The position numbers were made by a program, and so were the translations under genes. A DNA stretch of 64,000 bases from positions 1 through 64,000 of the forward strand of contig JBEKDF010000007.1 in NCBI GenBank assembly GCA_050014495.1, read 5' to 3'. Every line of letters starts with the position of its first letter. Positions within the stretch are counted from its first letter, which is position 1. Below the pieces are notes generated by a model. That model was not told the origin of the DNA, did no database searches, and was given only the letters and a program-made list of their open reading frames with translations. This DNA is from Candidatus Bathyarchaeia archaeon (GTDB taxonomy: Archaea; Thermoproteota; Bathyarchaeia; TCS64). Positions 28,868 through 38,678 of this stretch are shown here, in pieces.

Positions 28868-30121
28868 TTATTTTCTGTGTAGAAGTCGGGTGACTCCCAC
28901 GGCCATGACCAACGCCACGGGTATGAATATAGCAGTGAGCAAAGTTGACTCATTCTCAGCTAAAGCCTCAAAGATAATTCTAACCATCTCAGTTATGTAG
29001 ACGGCCAAAATGAAGATCTCCACTTTGTGGAAAATCTCCTGCAGGCCAACGAGTCTAACAAGCTGCTCCTTTGAGGCCTTCTGCTCCTCCAATGTGAGTT
29101 TCTGTTGCTGTATACTGAGATAAGTCCTGACGCTATCCATGACTGTTCCGAGTCGAGCCTTCAACGCCTCGCTCCTCACTAGGTAGTTCTCATAAATCTT
29201 AGGCATCCTGCTGTACGCGATGGCCTCGCCCTCGATGCACATGGGCTCCCCGTTGAAACTTAGCTCATTCAGCCTCCGGAACACGCCCTCGATCCTGGAT
29301 ATGATCGACCGCGCCTCAATTAGGTTCCCGCGCATAGCCGAGATCATGGCTGAGAGACTCGCCTCTCTCTCCATGATATATCCCAGCCAGGACTCGAGGG
29401 TCTCAAGCCCCACTGGCTCTGGCTTCATGAGGTCCCATAGATATGTTTCGGTCCTCTCACTGATTTCAACCTCTCCCGGCTTAAGGGCTGAGAAGAAGCT
29501 GTTTGAGCTCCAATAGAGCCGGGAAAGCTGAGCGGAATGAATCGCGACTGTTCTTATGTCCTCCATAGTCTCATTAAAGCGCTGAAGTACCACGTCCCGG
29601 GAGGGTTTGATGAGTGAGACGAAGTAGTACTTGTTGAATTGATCAGCATCATCCCTCGACTCGAGTATCGAGAATAGGCATCCTCCGACGACGCCTACAC
29701 CGATCCTGGGTCTCGATAATTGCCTTGAATAGACCTCGATTAAGGCTAAGGATTGTGCCTCATCGACTACTTCGGGTGCGAATATGACGAAGGTTGTGAA
29801 TACTGGGGATGAAAGGGTCACCAGGGGATCGAATTCTTCGAAGAGACGCGTCCCCGTGATTACTGCCTCACCAACTGTACCAGCGTCATACCTTGATGTT
29901 AACGTCAATAATGTGAAATTTTCAATTGCTTCGACTTGATATCTGAATCGCCCCCCGTTTAGCTGAAACTCTAAGGCATCTCCAACTCTCACTGCGTCTA
30001 CATGCTTCGCCCTTACAGCATTTTGAACCTGCTTAATGAATGCGTCTTTATCAAAGCTCTGGGCTACCTGCATCCTGATGAGTCTGGTCTCCCTACTTTT
30101 CCTCGAGGTGCCCAGGGTCAT
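28868..30121 (-). CDS. Hypothetical membrane protein (coiled coil plus two C-terminal TMs)
   Basis: 417-aa ORF with CorA-like topology but no GMN motif. Confidence 0.7.
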   Translation of the reverse strand: MTLGTSRKSRETRLIRMQVAQSFDKDAFIKQVQNAVRAKHVDAVRVGDALEFQLNGGRFRYQVEAIENFTLLTLTSRYDAGTVGEAVITGTRLFEEFDPLVTLSSPVFTTFVIFAPEVVDEAQSLALIEVYSRQLSRPRIGVGVVGGCLFSILESRDDADQFNKYYFVSLIKPSRDVVLQRFNETMEDIRTVAIHSAQLSRLYWSSNSFFSALKPGEVEISERTETYLWDLMKPEPVGLETLESWLGYIMEREASLSAMISAMRGNLIEARSIISRIEGVFRRLNELSFNGEPMCIEGEAIAYSRMPKIYENYLVRSEALKARLGTVMDSVRTYLSIQQQKLTLEEQKASKEQLVRLVGLQEIFHKVEIFILAVYITEMVRIIFEALAENESTLLTAIFIPVALVMAVGVTRLLHRK

Positions 30122-30125
30122 CGGT

Positions 30126-30542
30126 CTACACCTTGAAGTTGTAGAGACACATTGGATCCCCTCTACTCTTCGCTAACAGCAACCTAACCTTCATATCCGG
30201 CACGATGAGTGAGGCCATTCCATGGAACATTGGTAGGACGTAGTTGTCGTCCAGCCACTCCCATGGGATGTTAAGGGTTAGGGCAGCGCGCATGATGGGG
30301 CAGAACCCCTTGCATTGCATGGTTATGGTGTCTCCCTCGACCCTCGCGTTAGGTTCGCCCTGTACCATCCTCTGAAACTCGTTCAGGATGGATGACAACG
30401 CCTCAAGGTTTTTCTCGTGGATGCCCTGCTTCTCCAACATTGACTGCCCCATCTCCCGACCGAGTTGATAAGCGCAATTCTTCGCAGCCTCCTTATTCTC
30501 CTTGAATTGCTCATAGAATATCTTCGGTTCGATGAAGCTCAA
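30126..30542 (-). CDS. Hypothetical V4R-like small-ligand-binding protein
   Basis: FCPIMR and SRGDPMC; paralogous to 35828-36247. Confidence 0.7.
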   Translation of the reverse strand: MSFIEPKIFYEQFKENKEAAKNCAYQLGREMGQSMLEKQGIHEKNLEALSSILNEFQRMVQGEPNARVEGDTITMQCKGFCPIMRAALTLNIPWEWLDDNYVLPMFHGMASLIVPDMKVRLLLAKSRGDPMCLYNFKV

Positions 30543-30969
30543 TCGTCCACCACCTGATTGAGTAAATTCTACAAAGTATTTATTGTGTTTGAATCAACCT
30601 TTCCCTCTGACACGTAATCGTAAATGAGATGCGATTAATTCCTCTCTAAGTGAAATGCAGCCATTTTTCGGATCGCTATAAGATGTGAGCAGAAGTGATC
30701 TCCGTTAGTGTGGGAGGTCTGAACACTAATTTTAATTTTCGACCTCACGCGCGCGTAGTAAAAGTAGGTAGAGAGGTTTGAGTTTGGGGGCGCAGCATAC
30801 GCATGCATGCGCGCGCATTAATGTCGAATTAATTGAGACTAAACTAACTGAGTTGGAAAAAGAGGTTGATGAACTTAGGAGAATCATAGTGTTATCGCGA
30901 CTGAAATGTAATTCAATAAAATCTGAGAAAGAAAAATTATACGAAAATAAATAAAGGTTTGTAATATTT

Positions 30970-31068
30970 CCTAGGTATTCTCGGCATCCAACTCTGAGAC
31001 TTGCCTCTGAGCCACTTCGAATAGAAGAACCTCCTCATTGATCAGTGTCTCATGAGTCTGATGTTCGC
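30970..31068 (-). pseudogene. Possible Cas1-like C-terminal remnant (frameshifted)
   Basis: QTHETLINEEVLLF / KWLRGKSQSWMPRIP resembles, from memory, the tail of archaeal solo Cas1-like proteins. Confidence 0.4.
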
Positions 31069-31114
31069 TGTACGCGCGCAAACCGATTTAAGGCCCAAGG
31101 CGCAAATTTATTGA

Positions 31115-32368
31115 ATGATCGATGTAAACGGAACATCCTATAAAGACAACTTGGACGAACCGGTGGTCATCGTATGCGTCGACGGCGGATCCCCGGATTA
31201 TATAGATAAAGCGATGAAGGAAGGATATGCACCAACATTCAAGAGATTCAAGGATGAGGGATTCTATTCTACCGCCAAGTCGATTATTCCAAGCACCACA
31301 AACCCAAACAATATTGGCATCATAACGGGGGCTCTACCAGACGTCAACGGTGTACCAAGCAACTGGATATATGATAGGAAAAGCGGTGTAGAAAGATCCC
31401 TTGAGTCACCCCGAGACCTGAGATGCAAAACGATCCTACAGGTATTCCACGAGAATGGCATCAGAGTCGCCTCAGTGACCACCAAGGATAAACTGAGACT
31501 CATGCTCGGCGAAGGATGGTATGGAATCAACATCTCAGCGGAGCTCGCCCATGGCAATGGTAAAATCGGATCGATCAAGGAAACCATAAAGAATGCTATG
31601 GATGCAAACAAAGGTAACATCACGGAAAAAACAGATCCATGGATGTACACTGAGGAGCCCTCCCACTACGCCTTAGAGCTCGCTATAGCAATAATGGAGT
31701 CAATAGGGCCATATACCCCTGATTTTCTCTACGTTTCACTCACAGATTATATTCCTCACAGATATGCCCCAGGCTCCAGTATGGCCAACTCATACTTCAA
31801 GAGAATCGATAATTACCTCGGTACCTTGGATAGGCTGGGCTGCGTCATTGGGATAACTGCAGACCATGGCATGAATGACAAGTATAATGCGGATGGTAGT
31901 CCTCATGCCATATGGTTGGATGAGATTCTTGATAGGTCTGGAGTAAACAGACACTGGACGATCTTACCCATCACCGACAAATATGGTGCTCACCATGGCT
32001 CGCTGGGTGGAGTGGCCTGGGTATACCTAGACGAGGTGCAAAAAGCCATGGAGATACTATCGGAGATAGACGGCGTGGAAAAGATCATGGGTAGAGAGGA
32101 AGCCTCAAAAACATACAGTCTACCCGCGGAACTGATCGGTGACATAGTCGTTTTTGGAGATGAGAGAACCGTGTTTGGCACGGAGCAAAGAAGGCATAGC
32201 TCAGTGCCCATTTACCTGAGATCTCATGGGAGCCTCCACGAACAGGATGTACCATTTATTATAAACAAACCTCTAAATGAAAAATATAATAAGAGAACAA
32301 TTCACGGCATAAGGAATTTCCAGATCTGCGACTACGCGATTAACGGAACTGACACTAATTTAAACTAA
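31115..32368 (+). CDS. phnA: Phosphonoacetate hydrolase (alkaline phosphatase superfamily)
   Basis: VCVDG, PSTTNPNN, TDYIPHRYAPG, TADHGM, HHGSLG, LRSHG. Confidence 0.85.
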   Translation: MIDVNGTSYKDNLDEPVVIVCVDGGSPDYIDKAMKEGYAPTFKRFKDEGFYSTAKSIIPSTTNPNNIGIITGALPDVNGVPSNWIYDRKSGVERSLESPRDLRCKTILQVFHENGIRVASVTTKDKLRLMLGEGWYGINISAELAHGNGKIGSIKETIKNAMDANKGNITEKTDPWMYTEEPSHYALELAIAIMESIGPYTPDFLYVSLTDYIPHRYAPGSSMANSYFKRIDNYLGTLDRLGCVIGITADHGMNDKYNADGSPHAIWLDEILDRSGVNRHWTILPITDKYGAHHGSLGGVAWVYLDEVQKAMEILSEIDGVEKIMGREEASKTYSLPAELIGDIVVFGDERTVFGTEQRRHSSVPIYLRSHGSLHEQDVPFIINKPLNEKYNKRTIHGIRNFQICDYAINGTDTNLN

Positions 32369-32529
32369 ATTATACATCAAAGGGCGGGACCAATTTGAGA
32401 GCTGAACAGGTGACGGACCAAGCGTAAGGAAAAGACCAATGTTCGCTGATGCGTCAACGGAGTGTGTATGGTGATAAGACTATGGCGCGCGCACACAAAT
32501 TAATAATGGCAATTTTTGACTCGTTTGTG

Positions 32530-33828
32530 CTACTTCCTGTGGAGTTTCTCTGCTGCAATGAACGTAAGCCCATGCTGTGTGAGCATCTTCGCTGTTTGGT
32601 TTAGAGCTGCGTGTTTATCGAGGTAGTTTACGAGATACTTGGGCATCAGGCCCTTCTCCATGATATCCTTCTTTGGCGTAAAGTAGTTGAGTATGTCTGA
32701 GGAATGTTCACGCTTTTTCTCGGTTTCAGGTAAACCGCCCTCATGTTTGGCGCTTATATTCTTTACATGGCCAGCCAAGGCAACAAGTTCGGTTTGCCGA
32801 TTGTATGGTTGCCTGACTATGCTTCTATAGGCCTCCGTTACGTGGTGCTCGATGCGGACGATGTCTTCAAAGCCCCAGGGCTTACGTATCTGTGCGGTGA
32901 GTTCAATCGTCTCGTTATTCACGCTGTTTGATAGGTTGAAGCCGATGAGCGGGGTAGAACCATCGGATCTACTGAAGAGCTTCGCAGTCATCAGTGTCCA
33001 CAATACGGAGTATGGGTTATCGATGCCTAGGAAGACGGAGATCTTGAACTCTATGTCTACTCCGAGCTTGTGCAGGAAATAACCCAGGAGCACACTGCCC
33101 ATGTTTGTGTTCAGAGCCTGTTTAATGCCGTACATCGTGTAGTAGTGGAGGTATTCATCCACCCACTTCAAAGCAAGGTCGTTTGGCATCCCTATGCCAC
33201 CGAAGTAGCCAGTGATCGTCTCAGGTCCCCCAAGGTGCCTGTTTAACGGGGTGCCGTCGGGTCCGGGGATCATGCCCTTGGTATCTAGGGTCTCCACGAA
33301 CGAGGCGCCGATGATCTGCATCGCTGCCTGTGTAGCGATGATGTCGTCGTCTTCCACCTGCTCCTTCATCGAGCGTACGCGTATGTATCGACTTGGCATG
33401 AGGTCCTGGTCGACTATGGATTTTTTCGCCTCCTCGATGAGCCATGGGAAGAAGTTTAATGCGCTGATTTCGAGCGTGACGGCGAAGGACTCGTCGAATT
33501 TCATCGACTCCGATTTTTCTCCTAAGATCCTCCGGCGGTAATCGGGGATGCTGACGAACGCGTTTTTATCGCGTTGTTTACTCAACCATTGTAGGTCCTT
33601 CAAAAAAGGCGAGTTCTTTTTTTCAAGCATGGAGAGGAGATTGTCTAGTTCCCCCGCCTTACGTGCTTTCTTGTTTATCTCTTCGACTCCGCCATATTTG
33701 TCTACGATTTTTAACAGATCATTTATGAGGGAATTATCCTCTTGAAGTAAGAAATCGTTAATTTGTTTAAGGTTTTCTTCGTTTATCCGCAATTTCTTTC
33801 GATCTTCCGCTCGATCTTTTGTCTTCAT
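32530..33828 (-). CDS. Conserved hypothetical protein
   Basis: 432-aa ORF with conserved-looking motifs (ETLDTKG, HLGGPETITGYFGG, AKHEGG). Confidence 0.8.
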   Translation of the reverse strand: MKTKDRAEDRKKLRINEENLKQINDFLLQEDNSLINDLLKIVDKYGGVEEINKKARKAGELDNLLSMLEKKNSPFLKDLQWLSKQRDKNAFVSIPDYRRRILGEKSESMKFDESFAVTLEISALNFFPWLIEEAKKSIVDQDLMPSRYIRVRSMKEQVEDDDIIATQAAMQIIGASFVETLDTKGMIPGPDGTPLNRHLGGPETITGYFGGIGMPNDLALKWVDEYLHYYTMYGIKQALNTNMGSVLLGYFLHKLGVDIEFKISVFLGIDNPYSVLWTLMTAKLFSRSDGSTPLIGFNLSNSVNNETIELTAQIRKPWGFEDIVRIEHHVTEAYRSIVRQPYNRQTELVALAGHVKNISAKHEGGLPETEKKREHSSDILNYFTPKKDIMEKGLMPKYLVNYLDKHAALNQTAKMLTQHGLTFIAAEKLHRK

Positions 33829-33912
33829 CTTTATCTAAAATACTCTACATCATAACCGCATAAGACTTTTTTTATTCGCGCGTGCTTTTGTTCAAGCCGT
33901 GCTACTAAACGG

Positions 33913-34587
33913 CTATGACGCCTCGATCACTTCCTCTAATCTAGCTATCGTGAGGTTGGTCAGAAAATTGATCCTCTCAACATCGAGATAGCTCTCTATA
34001 TTTTCATCGTAGAATATCCTTGCATCTACGGGGAACTCAGCATCGGCTGATGACAGGACGAATGTCAAAGGGATGAGAGGTAAAGTGTTAATCTTAAAGG
34101 CGTAGTCGCCGTAGGGAAAGTCGACCCCTAAGCCACCTAGGAATTTGGCGGCTTCCCTAAGCCTCGTGTCACCGCCTGCATATAGAGTCAGAAGTTTCTC
34201 ACGGGCTCCTATATTTGAGAAGTCTCCGAATCTCGCGCCTCTTAGGTTTCTATAGGCGATGAGTCTACCAGTCAACTCGACGCTCTGGGCCCCAGCATAT
34301 CCAACAAGGATGTAATATGCGGTCCTAATCATGAAGCCTTGATGAGGGTCACTTGCATCGAGTTCCCTACTCTTGAGTAGATCAAGCAATTTTCCGTTGT
34401 TCAAGTTGACTCTGATATTTAAGAAATCAAGGTGTTCCCCTTCGGGGAATCCCAGTTTCCCTGCGAGAGTACGTATTTGGTCTCGAACATTGATCCAGCT
34501 CCAGTTGCCAAGCTCTGACATTGAGGACAACTCAATCAGATTCCAGATAAGCATTCTGAAGCATTTGGCGTATTGGGTGAAGCCCAT
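33913..34587 (-). CDS. DUF3786 domain protein
   Basis: P.IPL..V....D.EFP..A.I.YD. The true start is probably ~34521. Confidence 0.8.
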   Translation of the reverse strand: MGFTQYAKCFRMLIWNLIELSSMSELGNWSWINVRDQIRTLAGKLGFPEGEHLDFLNIRVNLNNGKLLDLLKSRELDASDPHQGFMIRTAYYILVGYAGAQSVELTGRLIAYRNLRGARFGDFSNIGAREKLLTLYAGGDTRLREAAKFLGGLGVDFPYGDYAFKINTLPLIPLTFVLSSADAEFPVDARIFYDENIESYLDVERINFLTNLTIARLEEVIEAS

Positions 34588-34673
34588 TTTGTGGTATCGA
34601 CTCTAGAGAGCGCGCATGTTTGCGTCAAATATCATGACTAAAGTCCTATTAAGAAGGAACGGAAAAATTGCCC

Positions 34674-34823
34674 ATGAAACCACACACAGATCCTAAGCCT
34701 GGCCTCTGCCTCTTCGCGTGGCGGTGCCTCAAGTACAGGCCTAACGCGGCGGCGTGCAATCGTGAAGGTGGGGGAGTCTTCTGCGGAGAATGGAGGAGAT
34801 TCAACGGCGCACGCTCACATTAA
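34674..34823 (+). CDS. Small Cys-rich protein (49 aa)
   Basis: MKPHTDPKPGLCLFAWRCLKYRPNAAACNREGGGVFCGEWRRFNGARSH (manual translation). Confidence 0.45.
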   Translation: MKPHTDPKPGLCLFAWRCLKYRPNAAACNREGGGVFCGEWRRFNGARSH

Positions 34824-35032
34824 ATGCCTCAGGTTCAATGGTCAGGTAGTATCTTGCATGCACGAACATAGTGTTAAGCAGGAAGTTTAGCACGTCTAAC
34901 TCCACGCGTTAGAGTTTCTTCAGCAGGGTGATGAGTGCATCAGTGATTAGGTAGCGTCCCATGTTTGTGCTTCACCCGCGAGCGAGATTAAAGAGGTATA
35001 TACTTGAATGCATCAGGGAAAACTGAACAGAG

Positions 35033-35464
35033 ATGACGTTGGAATTTGTATTAGATTTCCAGAGGTGGGGTGGCGGTGAGCCGACTGCTGTCGGTGAAGG
35101 CTACAGCTGCACATACAAGGGAAGGTACTACTCAGTACTGTTCACCCGCGCCGGGATGTTTAGGGGCAACCACATACACCCTCATAGACAACACACCCTG
35201 CTTATGGAGGGAAGAGGAAAATACGTCTTCAGGGAGAAGGATGGTACCGAGTCTGTGCACCGCCTCTCGGTTGGCAGTATACTCGATGTTGAGGCCGGGA
35301 TCCCCCACATATTTCTCCCGGAGAGTGATTGCCTTACGGTAGAATGGTGGGAGGGCCCATTCGTGGCTGAAGAGTATGACTTCCCAAACTATACGGCTAA
35401 GATCAAGAAGAAGATGGAGGAGTTCGACAGGATACACGCTGAACTCAAGAAATCAAAGAAATAG
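35033..35464 (+). CDS. Cupin domain protein
   Basis: RGNHIHPH and GIPHIF. Confidence 0.82.
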   Translation: MTLEFVLDFQRWGGGEPTAVGEGYSCTYKGRYYSVLFTRAGMFRGNHIHPHRQHTLLMEGRGKYVFREKDGTESVHRLSVGSILDVEAGIPHIFLPESDCLTVEWWEGPFVAEEYDFPNYTAKIKKKMEEFDRIHAELKKSKK

Positions 35465-35600
35465 TCTGCGCGTGCAATATCTTCGTTTTTTTGGGGAATC
35501 ACTGCTAGTCATGTGGCTTCTATACAAAGGAGGCAAAAGTTAAAACATGAGATTACCCGAGCATCTCTCTCATCAATTTATCCGAAGGTGAATTAAATGA

Positions 35601-35789
35601 GTGAATCCAAAAAAAGTTGGACCAGAACTCATTGTGTTACAGCAAGAGGTTCAGAAATTAGTTCCATTCTGTCTATCCGACAATGTAATCGCATTGAATC
35701 TGATGAGGGCCAGAGGAACGATTAAAGGAAAACGCACCGAGGATAGATCTTGGATCAGGTGGATCGAAGACAAGGAAGAAAGCAAATGA
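35601..35789 (+). CDS. Hypothetical protein
   Basis: 62-aa ORF preceded by AGGTGA. Confidence 0.35.
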   Translation: MNPKKVGPELIVLQQEVQKLVPFCLSDNVIALNLMRARGTIKGKRTEDRSWIRWIEDKEESK

Positions 35790-35827
35790 AAACTCACGCG
35801 AATTTATCCGTGTATAATGTAACTCGA

Positions 35828-36247
35828 TTACTCAACTTCGAAGACATGTGTACAGAGTTGGTCGCCTCTAGCACGAGATGTCTGAACACTCATCTTGATG
35901 CCTGGCCTCACAGTTGACACAATTCCCTCCATCCAAGGCCATGCATAATTGGCGTCGAGCCAAGTCCACGGCAGGTTAAACGTTAAAGCACTACGCATTA
36001 TTACGCAGAAACCCCTATCTCTCTTAACAACTCTGCCATCCTCGACCATCGCAGATTGCTCACTCCTTACTGTACTCATTGCAGCGTTAAGGATTTCAGC
36101 GACTGCCTCGAGGCCATCCCCTTTGATATTAAATTTTTGTTTTAATATTTGACCCGTCTCGCGTCCAATCTGGAAAGCTGCTCTCTTAGCTGCCTCTGGG
36201 TCACCTTGAAATCGCTCATAGAACTCCTTGGGAGTGGGCCAACTCAT
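35828..36247 (-). CDS. Hypothetical V4R-like protein, paralogue of 30126-30542
   Basis: PKEFYE.F....EAAK..A.Q.GRE.GQ; FCVIMRSAL..NLPW.WLD.NY; RARGD..C. Confidence 0.75.
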   Translation of the reverse strand: MSWPTPKEFYERFQGDPEAAKRAAFQIGRETGQILKQKFNIKGDGLEAVAEILNAAMSTVRSEQSAMVEDGRVVKRDRGFCVIMRSALTFNLPWTWLDANYAWPWMEGIVSTVRPGIKMSVQTSRARGDQLCTHVFEVE

Positions 36248-36448
36248 TTTTTACACAAATATTAGGTAGACCAGGAGGTTTATAATAGGTTTCATGGACA
36301 TCGCGCGCATGTACTCAGTTCATATTCAAATCGTTTGTGTTTGTTCGTCTGTTTTTGTCGCGCGCGCATATTTTCATTATATAATAGCCTGAGAATAAAA
36401 AACATAGATAATTTCAAATATACTTAAAGTGGTTTTCAAGGATTCGAA

Positions 36449-37672
36449 TTGGGTAGTGTTTCAGCGGATGTAAAGCGATACCGCTGGGTGGTTCTAGGGG
36501 TCACCTGGCTCACATACATGAGCGTCTACCTAATCAGAAACGCAGTGCCACCACTGTCGACCTTCATCGTATCTGATCTGAACCTCACTCGTTTCGACAT
36601 AGGGTTACTCGCCTCAGCAGTAGCAGTGGGCTACCTAGTCGCACAGATACCTGCAGGTTGGCTCGTAGACGACTGGGGCGTCAGAAAAATGATTCTACTG
36701 GGGACCGCCTTTGCGGGGGCGCTCGTCCTAGGTATGTACTTCGTGAACAACTACCCGACGGCGTACGTACTCCTCATAGTGGCGGGCTTCGGCTGCGGCG
36801 CATTCCCCACGGTGTCAACAAAGGCTCTGCTGACCTGGTTCCCCCCCAAGGAGCGAGGCACTACAATAGGAATTAACCAGACTGCCGTGAATGTTGGGGG
36901 GATAATCACAGCCGCGACCCTCCCCACAGTCGCGATACTATATGGGTGGCGCATCGGCTTCGTCGCAATTGGCGTTGTAACGATCCTAATCGCCATAATT
37001 GCGTACACCCTCTATCGTGATGCACCAAGCACCCTCGTGGACGTTGAACCCTCTAAGCCGAGGTCTAGGCCAAGTATAAAAGACTCAATCAAGCTTATGC
37101 TAGACCGTAATATCCTCCTCATCAGCATCTCGTGTATAGGACTCATGATGGTTCAGTTCGCCATGACGACCTATCTCATCATATACCTAACTGAGATCGT
37201 TGGCATCTCAGTGACCCTTGCAGGTGGCTTCCTCGCTATCGTGAATGCTGGCGGTGCCGTCGGTAAGCCCTTACTTGGTGCCATGAGTGATCGGCTCTTC
37301 GGTGGGAGCAGGAAGAAGCCTCTGCTGTTGGCGGCGGTGATGTCGTTCGGTTTATCAATTTTGATGCAGTTCATAGCAGCAAGTACACCCTACATCGTGC
37401 TCTCGGTGATCTTCGCATTGTTCGGGTTCTCCGCCCTCGGGTGGGGTGGGCTGAACTTTGTCCTGGTCTCCGAATATGCGGGGAGGGAGAATGCGGGTCT
37501 GGCGGTTGGCTACTCTAACATGATTGGGCTCATCGGGAACATTATTGGTCCTCCCATCTTTGGTTTAATTATCGACGCTACTGGTTCTTACTCGTGGGGA
37601 TGGTGGTTCCTGACGGCTTCCGCATTGTTTTCGGTGGTTGGGTTTGCCTTTGTCCGTGAGGGGGGCAGGTAG
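36449..37672 (+). CDS. MFS transporter
   Basis: GWLVDDWGVR, WFPPKERG, GAMSDRLFG. Confidence 0.92.
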   Translation: MGSVSADVKRYRWVVLGVTWLTYMSVYLIRNAVPPLSTFIVSDLNLTRFDIGLLASAVAVGYLVAQIPAGWLVDDWGVRKMILLGTAFAGALVLGMYFVNNYPTAYVLLIVAGFGCGAFPTVSTKALLTWFPPKERGTTIGINQTAVNVGGIITAATLPTVAILYGWRIGFVAIGVVTILIAIIAYTLYRDAPSTLVDVEPSKPRSRPSIKDSIKLMLDRNILLISISCIGLMMVQFAMTTYLIIYLTEIVGISVTLAGGFLAIVNAGGAVGKPLLGAMSDRLFGGSRKKPLLLAAVMSFGLSILMQFIAASTPYIVLSVIFALFGFSALGWGGLNFVLVSEYAGRENAGLAVGYSNMIGLIGNIIGPPIFGLIIDATGSYSWGWWFLTASALFSVVGFAFVREGGR

Positions 37673-37757
37673 GTTAAGGAGTCAGCTCTACATTTTGAGA
37701 GATGTGTATAACGTTAACTCACCGAGGTAAAGAATGCGGGCGACTCGTGATCGGATC

Positions 37758-38531
37758 TCAGGGAACTGATTGGAGGTAGATCGAGCTTCCATAGATTGTC
37801 CCTATTGGACCTTCCTCGATCTCCAGATGAGGAGGCGTGGAGTCGAATGGAGGCGGGTTGGTGCCGGGAGCATAGGCGGAGGACGATATAACCAACTTGA
37901 TGACGAGGGTTCCACCCGTTCTCAGGATCCCCGACGTTACATTTTGAGTGACTGTGAATCCCTTGGGCACCGCAGTTACCCTGACAGATATAGGCAGAGA
38001 CGCATCGTACGATGGCCGAGCTGCGAACAACAGGATCACTTCACTAGCTTGACCCTGCTTGACCACGACAGGGAAATACGGATCATTAGCATATGCAGGG
38101 ACCGTGGTGATGGAGAAATCTGGCCCAGGAGCGGGTCCCTCCGAGCCTTCCTGGGCTAGCATCAGTTCACCAGTTGTGGCGTCCACAATGTAGCTGCCAA
38201 AGGTGTAGTTGGATAGGTAATCTATGAACCAGTATGGTTTTATGTCTCCAACTTGGGAGGTGGAGACGTAGATTCGACTGTGTGACCCCGATGTTATTAG
38301 GTAGTTAACCCAGTTTATCGGCATGTACCGAAGCTCAACACTTTGAAGCCATTTGTCCTTGATGATGGTTTTCTCAGGGTCCACCTTGGCGCTCGTTTTA
38401 ACGACGTTTATCGCCTGCTCTCGCGTCAATATGAGATCGGCGGGTACATTCTGTAATAAGATCATAAATCCAGTGAAGGCTAGAAGACAGGAGATTAACG
38501 CTGTTAAAGCGGTCCTTGAGCCAGGTGACAT
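37758..38531 (-). CDS. Hypothetical secreted/membrane-anchored protein
   Basis: N-terminal TM, PepSY-like YIVDATTGE and an Ig-like C-terminus. Confidence 0.7.
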   Translation of the reverse strand: MSPGSRTALTALISCLLAFTGFMILLQNVPADLILTREQAINVVKTSAKVDPEKTIIKDKWLQSVELRYMPINWVNYLITSGSHSRIYVSTSQVGDIKPYWFIDYLSNYTFGSYIVDATTGELMLAQEGSEGPAPGPDFSITTVPAYANDPYFPVVVKQGQASEVILLFAARPSYDASLPISVRVTAVPKGFTVTQNVTSGILRTGGTLVIKLVISSSAYAPGTNPPPFDSTPPHLEIEEGPIGTIYGSSIYLQSVP

Positions 38532-38678
38532 TATTACATCCTCTTCGATTCTAAAGACTTAATACTAATCATTAGAGCAGGAATATTTTTTCTAGATTTC
38601 ATCTTTTCCAGATCCCTTCCATGGAAACATTACCCGAAGACAATCCTTTTTATCCCTCCACAGTCGACCTATTTCGAG

